From the IMG/VR virus record IMGVR_UViG_3300012793_000001, positions 1-42,728 of that record: a DNA stretch of 42,728 bases. One strand, given 5' to 3'. Both the position numbers and the translations under genes were made by a program. Origin of the DNA: a virus. Under the pieces are notes generated by a model, which did not search any database, was not told the DNA's origin, and saw only the letters and a list, made by a program, of their open reading frames with translations. This document shows positions 14,827 through 23,665 of the stretch, piece after piece. Every line of letters begins with the position of its first letter. Positions within the stretch are counted from its first letter, which is position 1.

Positions 14827-15408
14827 ATGAAAAAAGTCATATTATCTTTATCGTTTTGTTTTTCATTACTTTTTATATCCGCATGCGGTTCTGAGAACTC
14901 AAGCTCGGACAACACCATGAATGATCATAGTGCAGTCAGTGAAACAAAATTAACTGAGGAATCGTCAGTTGTTGATCAATCTGTTTTAGATATTTACGAT
15001 GATAATGAAGACTGGTCTCTAGGAAAAATGGATATTCCTGGATTGATTAATGCTTCATCTGGAAATCAAGAGAAAGCTATTGAAGATGCTAACATGGTTA
15101 TTAATCTATCTTTGTTTAAGTATTTTATTATAGACTCTAATAAAGATAAAATTGAACTAACTGCTGAAGGCGATAATAAAGACTTCTATTCCATAATGTT
15201 TACTATTATGAGTATGCCCGATAAAGAAACGATGGAGACTCTTTCTAATAATTTCGAAGAGTTAGTTTCCCGGAATCCAATAAATCCAGACATTGATTTA
15301 TATACATTAACTGCATTATATTCTTCAGATTCAGAGGAAGAAGATACTACACCTGTCGTTATATCATATCAATTAAATGAAAATAATAAGGTAGAAAAGA
15401 TTGATTAA
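14827..15408 (+). CDS. Lipoprotein of unknown function (193 aa)
   Basis: Signal peptide plus lipobox (LLFISAC), GAGGATGG RBS, AT-rich composition. Confidence 0.75.
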   Translation: MKKVILSLSFCFSLLFISACGSENSSSDNTMNDHSAVSETKLTEESSVVDQSVLDIYDDNEDWSLGKMDIPGLINASSGNQEKAIEDANMVINLSLFKYFIIDSNKDKIELTAEGDNKDFYSIMFTIMSMPDKETMETLSNNFEELVSRNPINPDIDLYTLTALYSSDSEEEDTTPVVISYQLNENNKVEKID

Positions 15409-15410
15409 TA

Positions 15411-15449
15411 AAAGGCTCCCTACTCAAAATTGAGTAAGGAGCCTTTTTA
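15411..15449. terminator. Bidirectional intrinsic terminator between convergent genes
   Basis: 12-bp stem GGCTCCCTACTC/GAGTAAGGAGCC with one mismatch, flanked by AAAA and TTTTT. Confidence 0.8.
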
Positions 15450-15483
15450 CTTATCAAGGTAACACGCTTGAATTATAGTTTAA

Positions 15484-16284
15484 TCAACCTTTGGGTTTGA
15501 TTGTATTTTCATTGAGCTTTTGTTGTAGTTTAACAACATGTGCATTAGGTTCTTTGATAGCTGTTGGAGCGTTTGTCAATCTTACTCCTTCGTTTAGAGC
15601 GAGACCAATTAAATTTACTATTTCTTTTTGTCCATCAGGAAGTTTACTCTTATCAGGATAAATTAAACTATACAAAATGCTTTTCTCCCACAATTCGAGT
15701 TGATACTTCTTCTTTTTTTGCTTCCAAAAAAAACCATTGTGAAAAACATACTTTACTCTAGTTTTATTTAATTCTTTGTAAATGATTTTTGTAATGCGCG
15801 AGTGAAATTTATTAAAGTCATTTACGATAATCGTACCAACCAAAGGATACTGATCAGGATGTAGAGGTGATAGATATTTAGTTAAATTCATAAAGTATCT
15901 TTCTAAACAATATAAAGTGGCACCAGAATCTAGACCCAAATTATCAAAATCATTTGTTCGCAATTTGCTTATATCAGAGATAAAGTTCTCTAAGCTTTTA
16001 GGATTCAACATTATTTCTGGAACAATAGCAAACGAGTCAAAAAAATCTTCCTCCCTATTATTGAAAGTTTCTTCAGGAAAAGCAGGAGCTATAACCTTCA
16101 ATGATTTAATCGTATCCTTATATTTGTTTAAACTTGTAAATATACTTTCGCCTACCATAGATTTCACCTTCGCTTTTTGTTCTTTGCGAAGCTTGCCTTT
16201 ATATAAAAATGCTCCTAGAAATGCACTAAGGATAATACCAAGAATCCCAAGAAGAGCAACTATAATTTCTGTTGGAATTTCCAT
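15484..16284 (-). CDS. N-terminally membrane-anchored protein of unknown function (266 aa), cargo gene downstream of the endolysin
   Basis: One TM helix (IIVALLGILGIILSAFLGAFLY) followed by a soluble domain with no motif I recognise. AT-rich. Confidence 0.7.
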   Translation of the reverse strand: MEIPTEIIVALLGILGIILSAFLGAFLYKGKLRKEQKAKVKSMVGESIFTSLNKYKDTIKSLKVIAPAFPEETFNNREEDFFDSFAIVPEIMLNPKSLENFISDISKLRTNDFDNLGLDSGATLYCLERYFMNLTKYLSPLHPDQYPLVGTIIVNDFNKFHSRITKIIYKELNKTRVKYVFHNGFFWKQKKKKYQLELWEKSILYSLIYPDKSKLPDGQKEIVNLIGLALNEGVRLTNAPTAIKEPNAHVVKLQQKLNENTIKPKG

Positions 16285-16348
16285 AAATTTTCTCCCTAAT
16301 ATTTTTCTTTGAGTATATCAAAATATAGAGTAAGCTTCTATAGCTTCT

Positions 16349-17308
16349 TTACCACGGCAACTTATCATTGTTCAATGCTCGTTGCAATGCCTTAACCATA
16401 TCGGATTTTGGACTGATAATACCGTCCACTGTCGTTCCTAATGCTTTTTGCATCGCTTTGATTGTTGCTTCACCAAACAGACCATCAATTGCCCCATTAT
16501 AAAATCCTTTGGCTTTCAATCGTTTTTGCCATGTACGAATAAGATTCGATCCAATCAACGTTTTATCAAACTTCGCTGCATACAGATTCTTGTTACACGC
16601 TTGCCGGTATTGATGACTGATCTCGTCGTCCGGTGTCATTCCTTCGTATTCCATCGCCCGATTAGCTGTTCCTGGACCAAACATCCCATCTTCTTCGATT
16701 CTTGTGTAATTTGGCTTAACTGGTGGTTTTACCGCAGGTGTACTTGGTTTAATCGGTGGCGTGCTTGGTTTTGACGCTGCGCTATTCGTGGCATATCCGA
16801 ATACAGCCAATGCAGCATTAACACCAGCATCCATTTTTTTAGACATGATATCCATATCTTTCTTACTATCCACAAATCCCCATTCAATCAAAATAGCTGA
16901 ACCAGATGATGCCCGGATCACATACAAGGATGTAGTAGCCTTCGCCCCACGATTTACCCATCCAGTAGCCTTACATACTGCAATACAAATCTCCTCTGCT
17001 AATTTTTTAGCTGCTGTATTTCCTGCATAATACCAAACTTCAAAGCCGTTTGCAGTTCCGTTAAATGCATTCAGATGGTGACTAACATGATAACTTTTTC
17101 CTACAGCATTCATTTTACGAACGATATTGTATAGGTTATCATTTACAGTTCTCCCAACGTTATCTGTTGCATCTACTGCTTTGGTTGCAGCACGGAATTT
17201 ATCATGAATTTTCTGAGCAACCTCATGCTCTTTAAGTCCACAACCAGATGCCCCAGGAACGATCGCATTGTGTCCTCGATGTGAGGTAGAATTATAATAT
17301 TTGACCAT
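16349..17308 (-). CDS. Endolysin: N-acetylmuramoyl-L-alanine amidase (Amidase_3-like) with a C-terminal PG_binding_1-like domain
   Basis: SHHLNAFNGTANGFEVWYY and ILIEWGFVD motifs, a P/T/K-rich linker, and the C-terminal GFYNGAIDGLFGEATIKAMQKALG repeat. Confidence 0.9.
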   Translation of the reverse strand: MVKYYNSTSHRGHNAIVPGASGCGLKEHEVAQKIHDKFRAATKAVDATDNVGRTVNDNLYNIVRKMNAVGKSYHVSHHLNAFNGTANGFEVWYYAGNTAAKKLAEEICIAVCKATGWVNRGAKATTSLYVIRASSGSAILIEWGFVDSKKDMDIMSKKMDAGVNAALAVFGYATNSAASKPSTPPIKPSTPAVKPPVKPNYTRIEEDGMFGPGTANRAMEYEGMTPDDEISHQYRQACNKNLYAAKFDKTLIGSNLIRTWQKRLKAKGFYNGAIDGLFGEATIKAMQKALGTTVDGIISPKSDMVKALQRALNNDKLPW

Positions 17309-17310
17309 GA

Positions 17311-17562
17311 TTATTCTCCTTTCCCAACATAAAAGTAGTCGTCTATTTTTTCGGCTGGATTATCAGTTTTTTCGCGTTTTTTCACTTCAAACTTGAAAGT
17401 TTCATCCTTACCAGTCTTCGTAAGATTTTTGTTCAATGTGTAAGTTTGTTGTCCAATATGATTCATGGTGTGCGCTGCATCTTGCACAGGATCTACTTCC
17501 TTGACGATTTCTGGTTTTGCTACTGCTTCAAAGTCCTCTATAAATTTAGCTTTGTTTCTCAT
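17311..17562 (-). CDS. Hypothetical protein (83 aa) between holin and endolysin
   Basis: ORF with a GGAGGGATATCT RBS region. Confidence 0.6.
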   Translation of the reverse strand: MRNKAKFIEDFEAVAKPEIVKEVDPVQDAAHTMNHIGQQTYTLNKNLTKTGKDETFKFEVKKREKTDNPAEKIDDYFYVGKGE

Positions 17563-17586
17563 AGATATCCCTCCAATTTCTGTATT

Positions 17587-17612
17587 AAAAAAGAGCAGCC
17601 GATTGGCTACTC
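17587..17612 (-). terminator. Putative intrinsic terminator overlapping the holin stop codon
   Basis: On the minus strand: GAGTAGCC-aatc-GGCTGCTC (8 bp with one G-U pair) followed by TTTTTTAAT. Confidence 0.5.
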
Positions 17613-17843
17613 CTTTTTCTCAGTGAATTCTTGACCATCACCATAATCTTGAGAGTTATAGTTATTGCTTGAAACTCCCAGCACTACACCTGCAAATGCA
17701 GTAACTAAGGAAATCACTCCAACAATTTTAGTTGCATCGAAATCATATAACGTTGCAATCCCAGCAATCAAGACCCCTAAAGCCGGCGACCATTGTGTGA
17801 TGATTTTTTTTGCTAAATCATATTGTTCGTTTGTCATTTTCAT
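17607..17843 (-). CDS. Putative holin (78 aa, two TM segments)
   Basis: ALGVLIAGIATLY and IVGVISLVTAFAGVVLGV helices with a charged C-terminus. Located in the lysis cassette. Confidence 0.7.
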   Translation of the reverse strand: MKMTNEQYDLAKKIITQWSPALGVLIAGIATLYDFDATKIVGVISLVTAFAGVVLGVSSNNYNSQDYGDGQEFTEKKE

Positions 17844-17844
17844 A

Positions 17845-18138
17845 CTATTTACCTCTTTCTTTCCATAAAGATTTTAGTTGTTCACCATGTTCAATTAGTC
17901 GTTCATTGTGCCTGTCTAGTCGTTCATCATGCTGCTTGAGTTCGTTATGAATTTCAACACGATCAGATTTGCTGGCTTCTAAATCTCTATTCAACAGATC
18001 CAAGCTGTGACTAAGTTTGGTTAAGTTTTCTGCTATTTTCGTAAAATTACTCATTACTGGCCGGACAACAAATGCAACTAAGCCAATAATTGTCATTACC
18101 CATCCAGCCCACGTCGCTAATTCTCCCACATTTAACAT
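17845..18138 (-). CDS. XhlA-like membrane-anchored coiled-coil lysis-associated protein
   Basis: N-terminal TM helix (WAGWVMTIIGLVAFVV) and a coiled coil with an HDERLDRHNERLIEHGEQL repeat. Confidence 0.6.
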   Translation of the reverse strand: MLNVGELATWAGWVMTIIGLVAFVVRPVMSNFTKIAENLTKLSHSLDLLNRDLEASKSDRVEIHNELKQHDERLDRHNERLIEHGEQLKSLWKERGK

Positions 18139-18155
18139 GCTTCACCTTCTCACTT

Positions 18156-18189
18156 AAAATAAAAAGCAACCGGCTAGAAAGCCGATCGC
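18156..18189 (-). terminator. Intrinsic terminator between the tail and lysis modules
   Basis: On the minus strand: GCGATCGGCT-ttct-AGCCGGTTGC (10 bp, two G-U pairs) followed by TTTTTATTTT. Confidence 0.6.
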
Positions 18190-18209
18190 CCCTGATACTA
18201 CATATCCGA

Positions 18210-18350
18210 TTATTTTGTTTCTACTGGCTTTTTTGCTTCGTCTACAATTTTCGCAACATCTTCTCGTAAAATCTCTGGCACACTTTCGATAGTTCTTTTT
18301 CCTTCAATTACATGCGTTGCGTACAACATTTTCAACGCCGAAAATTCCAT
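18210..18350 (-). CDS. Small protein, 46 aa (MEFSALKMLYATHVIEGKRTIESVPEILREDVAKIVDEAKKPVETK), in the position of an XkdX-like gene
   Basis: Hand translated. GAGGAATGAAAT RBS. Below the size cut-off of the ORF track. Confidence 0.5.
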   Translation of the reverse strand: MEFSALKMLYATHVIEGKRTIESVPEILREDVAKIVDEAKKPVETK

Positions 18351-18364
18351 ATTTCATTCCTCCT

Positions 18365-18715
18365 CTACTTTGAGAAAACATAATCTGTTACTTCCATGAA
18401 AGCAGCTTGTGTCATAGCTAATTCTTGTCGTAACGATTCGTTTTCCTTTTTTAGTTCTTCGAATTCTGGGTTAGTCTCGTTAAACGCATATTGACTAAAA
18501 TCTTTCGTTGTATTATAGATCTCGATTAAGTTGTTCTTGCTGTCGTTAAATTGAGATTCCTTTCCATTTATGATTTGTTCTATTAAGATATCGAAGATAA
18601 CAGGACTATCACCAAACAAATGTAAAACGTCATCCCAATAAAGTTTTGTATAATCTGATAACGTGCCATTCTTTTGAGATAAGTAGAACTCATCTAAGAA
18701 TTTCTCAAAATCCAT
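18365..18715 (-). CDS. Hypothetical protein (116 aa) downstream of the fibre gene
   Basis: Start moved to ATG 18715, preceded by AAAGGGGTGATTACA. Confidence 0.6.
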   Translation of the reverse strand: MDFEKFLDEFYLSQKNGTLSDYTKLYWDDVLHLFGDSPVIFDILIEQIINGKESQFNDSKNNLIEIYNTTKDFSQYAFNETNPEFEELKKENESLRQELAMTQAAFMEVTDYVFSK

Positions 18716-18728
18716 TGTAATCACCCCT

Positions 18729-21218
18729 TTAAACATCCCCAGCAAGAAAGCTGATATCAATTTTTAACCAAGAACCAAGAGGTACTGTGCCAGCCGTGTA
18801 TCTGTCAGAATAGATACTACCGTCGGGGTAAACTGAAACATAGTGCGTATTATTTCCAGATCCTTGACATCTATTCGAGACAATTGCTGAAGGTCTATAT
18901 CCAACTGGCAAAGTGGCCATCTTCTTTTCTCCGCTAAATGCTACTGTGTTTTTAAAAGCCCCTGATAATTGCACAGATCTCATTGATCGTTCACAAGTGG
19001 GTGTCGATGTAGAACCTATAGAAGTCGCGTATGGTTCAAATCCAGTTGAAACATTGTCAATAATTCGCTGCGGAAATTTTATGAGGTCTTGGTAACGCAA
19101 TGTTCCTCCTACACCTTCGACCCTAAGAGTCAACCCATAAGGATTTAACCACCACATTAGCGCGGGATCCGCAGTAGGTGAAGCTGTCTTTAAGCGAACA
19201 GCACCACCCAATCTTGCTGGTCCATATTCTGTAGAAAATTTATGCGATGTGTCTATTTCTCCATCAAAACTCAACTTCCCTTTTAGTGTAGCTTTTCCTG
19301 AAGCTGTGCTACCTGTTGCCCCATCTCCTCCGTCAATTGGTTCATTTGAAAATGGGTTTTGAAATTCAGAACCACTAATCAAAACCCCTGAGATATTTCC
19401 TGCTGTAATGTTTCCTAAATTAGCAGTGATTGCTGAAAGTGTAGTCGTTACAATATTATCTGCTGTGAAAATGTATAAATTAAACTTACTTCCATTCCAT
19501 TGATAAGTTGCACCGATAATATACCCACTTGCACCTGTGTTTTGCCAAAGCATACCAACATAAGGATTAGTTGGTACCGTCGCTTGACTGATGATACCAG
19601 TCGGATCACCTTTTTCACCTTGTTTGGCTACAGTGTATGAAGTGTTTGTGGTATTATCTGTGAAAGTTAGTACAGTCCTCGTCCATAAAAAGCTTCCAGC
19701 AGTAACTGTAGGAATTGATGTACTCCAACCACTACTAGGCGCTGCTGTACCACTAGTAGAACTAGCAAAATTTATAGTTGTACTTTTTATTCCATTCCCT
19801 GTCGCACCAGTTGATCCAGTAGCGCCTGTTGCTCCCATTTTCCCGACAGAATAAGCAGTTGAATTTGTATTATCAGAGTAAGTAAGAACAATTTTCGTCC
19901 AAAGGTACTGATTCTCAGAAACACTAGGAATAGAAGCACTCCATGTTCCTGTTGGTGGCGTTGTGCCAGATGTTCCTGCTTGATAAGTAGTAGCGCTTGA
20001 CACAATTCCTTTCCCATCAGTTCCGTTTGATCCGGCTGGACCTGTAGCTCCTTGCTTGTTTTTCACGACAATAATTATTTTTTGAATCGTCACAGCTTTG
20101 TACACTGCTTGATATGTTGCCGTCCCAACATCTGCTGATAAAGCAGTAACTGTATAACGACCTGCCGAATTAATTGTGCTAGTCATACCAGTTTCTGACA
20201 CTTTCGAAAATGTTACGCCAGATGAAACTTTAGTTTGTCCTTCGTAGATAATAAAGTCTCCTAAAGCTTTCGTGAAGTCAGTTACTGTACCTGATGAGTT
20301 AGCTGGTACGATAATGGATTCATTTGAAAGATACCCACTGATTACTTCTTTTGCGTCTTGCCCGTTCGCACCGTTTTTCCCATCCTTACCATCTTGTCCA
20401 GATTCGCCTAAAATACGTTGCCATGTGTATTTGCTAGGATCTTCACTATCTGTTGGCTCGTAATCAGTATAGGTACCAGCAAAAGTTGGATACGCATTCG
20501 CGAAATCATCTTCGGGAGACGGGGTGTAAATTGTAGATGATGTGTTTTGTTCAACTTTAAATTCTAGAATTTCTGCTGCATACGGCTTGAAAAAAGTTGA
20601 TCTATTTGGTTGCACATAAATACCATTGCTTGCACCTACGCTAGAGTCCAGAACCGTTTTAGTAGTAAATGTTAATTCAACATAGTATGACTTACCGATC
20701 TCAAAATTATAAGCTACACCTGTTGCCCAATCTGCTACCTGTAATTGAGTGCCATTAATTGATAATTTTTGAATAGTGTCAATATAAGTAGTATGCCCTC
20801 CTATCCGTTCAATCGTTCCACTAGATACTCTCACTACAAAGCGCATTGTGTATTGGGTAGCAGGTTTATACTGTTCTCCAACTGTTCTAAACCCTAAATA
20901 CGGGGCTCCATCACTTTTAAATGTGATCTTTCCTAATTGTATTATTACTGTATTCGTTGCGTTAGTGCTGTGTGCAAGCAAACTTTTTTTAGTGGCTAAA
21001 TTTTCATTCGGATAGGTTGTCGTAAAGCGATCGGTACCATCTGAACTCCAAGCGTACGCCCAGTGTATATAAGAGGTCTTGCCATTCTCTCCCGGCGTTC
21101 CCGGAATCCCTTGACCTCCAGGATCACCCTTTGGGCCAACTGGGCCCGGATCGCCTTTGGGTCCTTGACCACCATTCTTAACTTTAGTAAGTGTTATAGT
21201 ATCCTTTACTACTGCCAT
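18729..21218 (-). CDS. Tail fibre / receptor-binding protein with collagen-like Gly-X-Y segments
   Basis: GPKGDPGPVGPKGDPGGQGIPGTPGENG at the N-terminus and further G-X-Y blocks between globular modules. Located after the Tal gene. Confidence 0.8.
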   Translation of the reverse strand: MAVVKDTITLTKVKNGGQGPKGDPGPVGPKGDPGGQGIPGTPGENGKTSYIHWAYAWSSDGTDRFTTTYPNENLATKKSLLAHSTNATNTVIIQLGKITFKSDGAPYLGFRTVGEQYKPATQYTMRFVVRVSSGTIERIGGHTTYIDTIQKLSINGTQLQVADWATGVAYNFEIGKSYYVELTFTTKTVLDSSVGASNGIYVQPNRSTFFKPYAAEILEFKVEQNTSSTIYTPSPEDDFANAYPTFAGTYTDYEPTDSEDPSKYTWQRILGESGQDGKDGKNGANGQDAKEVISGYLSNESIIVPANSSGTVTDFTKALGDFIIYEGQTKVSSGVTFSKVSETGMTSTINSAGRYTVTALSADVGTATYQAVYKAVTIQKIIIVVKNKQGATGPAGSNGTDGKGIVSSATTYQAGTSGTTPPTGTWSASIPSVSENQYLWTKIVLTYSDNTNSTAYSVGKMGATGATGSTGATGNGIKSTTINFASSTSGTAAPSSGWSTSIPTVTAGSFLWTRTVLTFTDNTTNTSYTVAKQGEKGDPTGIISQATVPTNPYVGMLWQNTGASGYIIGATYQWNGSKFNLYIFTADNIVTTTLSAITANLGNITAGNISGVLISGSEFQNPFSNEPIDGGDGATGSTASGKATLKGKLSFDGEIDTSHKFSTEYGPARLGGAVRLKTASPTADPALMWWLNPYGLTLRVEGVGGTLRYQDLIKFPQRIIDNVSTGFEPYATSIGSTSTPTCERSMRSVQLSGAFKNTVAFSGEKKMATLPVGYRPSAIVSNRCQGSGNNTHYVSVYPDGSIYSDRYTAGTVPLGSWLKIDISFLAGDV
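19620..20051 (-). repeat. Tandem duplication of a 216-nt (72-aa) module inside the fibre gene
   Basis: GATGPAGSNGTDGKGI...WSASIPSVSENQYLWTKIVLTYSDNTNSTAYSVGKM aligns with GATGATGSTGATGNGI...WSTSIPTVTAGSFLWTRTVLTFTDNTTNTSYTVAKQ. Confidence 0.8.
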
Positions 21219-21229
21219 CGATTCACCCC

Positions 21230-23653
21230 CTAACTATAAGAAAACTCTACGTCTTGCCCAAAGCCATAACGTAGAGCCTTAACTTTTTGACTTTTCGTGT
21301 CAATCAGAAGAACATCCCAACAGTCCTGCTGTAAAGTATCCCAATATTCTATACGTGGGTCAGGATGTGAAAGATTGATTGTAAGATTATTTATATTATT
21401 TACAACTTTCAACCTGTCTGCGTGATGATGTCCGTTCGCAATTAAGGCAACTTTTCTGGTGCCAGTAAAGTTCACATTTACGTCTACTGCAAAATCTTTA
21501 TCGGTATTACTCCCCGAATAACTTGTACCATTTTTATAAGCACCGATAATTCCTTGAACAATTAAAGAGTTGTGTACCCAGTTCGCATTAGAATCATTCC
21601 AACCTGTTCCCATCGAATTGTGTTGAAAGAATGCTACAGTATAATCTTCTGGCGTTTGCTTCAACGAATCAATTAACCAGTTAATTTGTTCTTTCCTGTA
21701 TCCACCGTAATCAATATAGTCCATGGCACCGTTTGTCGCGGTATAGGGATGGTCAAAGCTATTGAGAACAAAGATTCGAAAGTTTTTATCTGGTACATCG
21801 TAGTAGTAGTACATATTTCTATTACTAGGATTTTCTATGATGCCAAAGGCTTTTGATGGACTAGTTATCATCTTATACATTTCATCCGGCTCTATAAATT
21901 GGTTCATCACATTTCCACTCGCTCTGTTCCCGTAACGGTTGTCATCGTGATTTCCAAGAGAAATAAAATAAGGACAATCGACTTGTCCTATTAATGCCAT
22001 GACCTTTTGCAGATCAATTGTATTTTGTTTTTTTGTACTTCTTCCTTCTACCACATCTCCCAAGTGTAACGCAAAGTCACACTGAACCATATTTGTAAAT
22101 TCAACAAAATTCTTGATATGGTCAAAAACTTTCAGATTTCCTCGGATATACTCTTTGTTAATAACATCTACTGCATAATGAGTATCTGTTATCACTGGCA
22201 CCACCAAAGTGTCAGCAGTTCGTTGTTGTTCAACTCGATAAGCCAATGCTTTTAAGCCGTTAATAAAGTAAATAGCTTGAACCCATTGGTTTTTGTGAAT
22301 ATTGACGCTACAAGTAATCATCGCCACTTCTTCAAAGTCAATGTCTGATACACTAACAATATTTCCTACACCATATGCTTTTCCTTCCCAAGCTAGATCA
22401 TGATTACCATTCTTATCCACTTTATACCAAAAGAAATCTAATTTAGATAAGCTATTAGTGATGTCTTCATTTTCTTTGAATACTGTTGCAGTCAAAGAAG
22501 TGGTCTTTGATTCGCCATCAATAAACCCTGTGCCGTTATTTGGCATGATATTCACCGTGTATCTATCTTCTATCTTGCTTAATTGTTTTTGCAGGACTTT
22601 AAGCTGTGCTGATATTCCACTTGATAATGTGACGAAATTTCCAAATACTGCTTTATTCTTAGACGGATCCACACGACTGATCGTTTTTTCTAGAACTCTT
22701 GCTTTTACCCTGATGGCCGGATTATATTCATTGTCTATAATTTTGACATAGTCAAATACTTGGTAGTCATCAATTCCACGAATCACAGATACTTCATAGT
22801 TCACTTTTACTTCATCGTTATCTTTAAGATAAGCCAATCCTTCAGAAAAAATAGTTGACGGAGTGCTACTATCAGATGAGTAGTAGCCCATCACTTTCTT
22901 TCCGCCGCGATCTTTTTTGGCAACTCGATTATAAAGAATATTTGATCCATCAGTTGTATAGTATGTTCCATCGTCATACTTAATTCTTGAAATATCAGCA
23001 CCTGACCCTAGAACCTTTATTTCTGTAAAAGTAGTATAAATATCTGTCGTTCTATGAATCGTTTCAATATCATCACCTGTTCGCAAAACCACACTATTGC
23101 TCAAGTCCGTTCCCCGTTGCTGGTAAATATCTATATAAGCTTTTCTTAGTTTTGCATTATTGAATTCTAGTACAAAGTCTAACTCAGCTTCGAATGTTTC
23201 AGCAATTGAATATAAGCGCGCTTTTTTTGTATCTCCGGTACCACTACAATCTGGAAGCGCCGTTTTATGCGAAAGTTCATTGATTCGAATTTCCCAAACT
23301 GTATTATAGATCTCTCTATTAATGAAATAATCGATTGTTTGGGCTTTATTACTAGGATAGCTGTCAGAAATATCTCCAATCAATGCTACATCAAAGCTCT
23401 CACATTCGATTGTACGGATCGTTTCATCTTCATATGATATATTCATGATCGTAAATAGCAGACTTTTCTTATTTTCATCTACAAAAGCAATCATATTATC
23501 TTCAATAAGATGCTCGCTACCTTCCATTGATTTAAGAATTGTAATAGAGTAAGTGCTTCCTTGCTTGGTGTACCATTGTTCATCCTCTAGCATATCTTCA
23601 TCCAGAAAAGAGGTAAGAGTATTGAAATTTTCATCTATCACTCTAAAATACAT
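21230..23653 (-). CDS. Tail-associated (Tal-like) minor structural protein with a C-terminal calcineurin-type metallophosphoesterase domain
   Basis: Sits after Dit. The C-terminal half carries ITDTHY, HLGDVVEG, LGNHDDN, FFQHNS and NGHHHADR. Confidence 0.8.
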   Translation of the reverse strand: MYFRVIDENFNTLTSFLDEDMLEDEQWYTKQGSTYSITILKSMEGSEHLIEDNMIAFVDENKKSLLFTIMNISYEDETIRTIECESFDVALIGDISDSYPSNKAQTIDYFINREIYNTVWEIRINELSHKTALPDCSGTGDTKKARLYSIAETFEAELDFVLEFNNAKLRKAYIDIYQQRGTDLSNSVVLRTGDDIETIHRTTDIYTTFTEIKVLGSGADISRIKYDDGTYYTTDGSNILYNRVAKKDRGGKKVMGYYSSDSSTPSTIFSEGLAYLKDNDEVKVNYEVSVIRGIDDYQVFDYVKIIDNEYNPAIRVKARVLEKTISRVDPSKNKAVFGNFVTLSSGISAQLKVLQKQLSKIEDRYTVNIMPNNGTGFIDGESKTTSLTATVFKENEDITNSLSKLDFFWYKVDKNGNHDLAWEGKAYGVGNIVSVSDIDFEEVAMITCSVNIHKNQWVQAIYFINGLKALAYRVEQQRTADTLVVPVITDTHYAVDVINKEYIRGNLKVFDHIKNFVEFTNMVQCDFALHLGDVVEGRSTKKQNTIDLQKVMALIGQVDCPYFISLGNHDDNRYGNRASGNVMNQFIEPDEMYKMITSPSKAFGIIENPSNRNMYYYYDVPDKNFRIFVLNSFDHPYTATNGAMDYIDYGGYRKEQINWLIDSLKQTPEDYTVAFFQHNSMGTGWNDSNANWVHNSLIVQGIIGAYKNGTSYSGSNTDKDFAVDVNVNFTGTRKVALIANGHHHADRLKVVNNINNLTINLSHPDPRIEYWDTLQQDCWDVLLIDTKSQKVKALRYGFGQDVEFSYS

Positions 23654-23665
23654 TTTAACCCTCCC

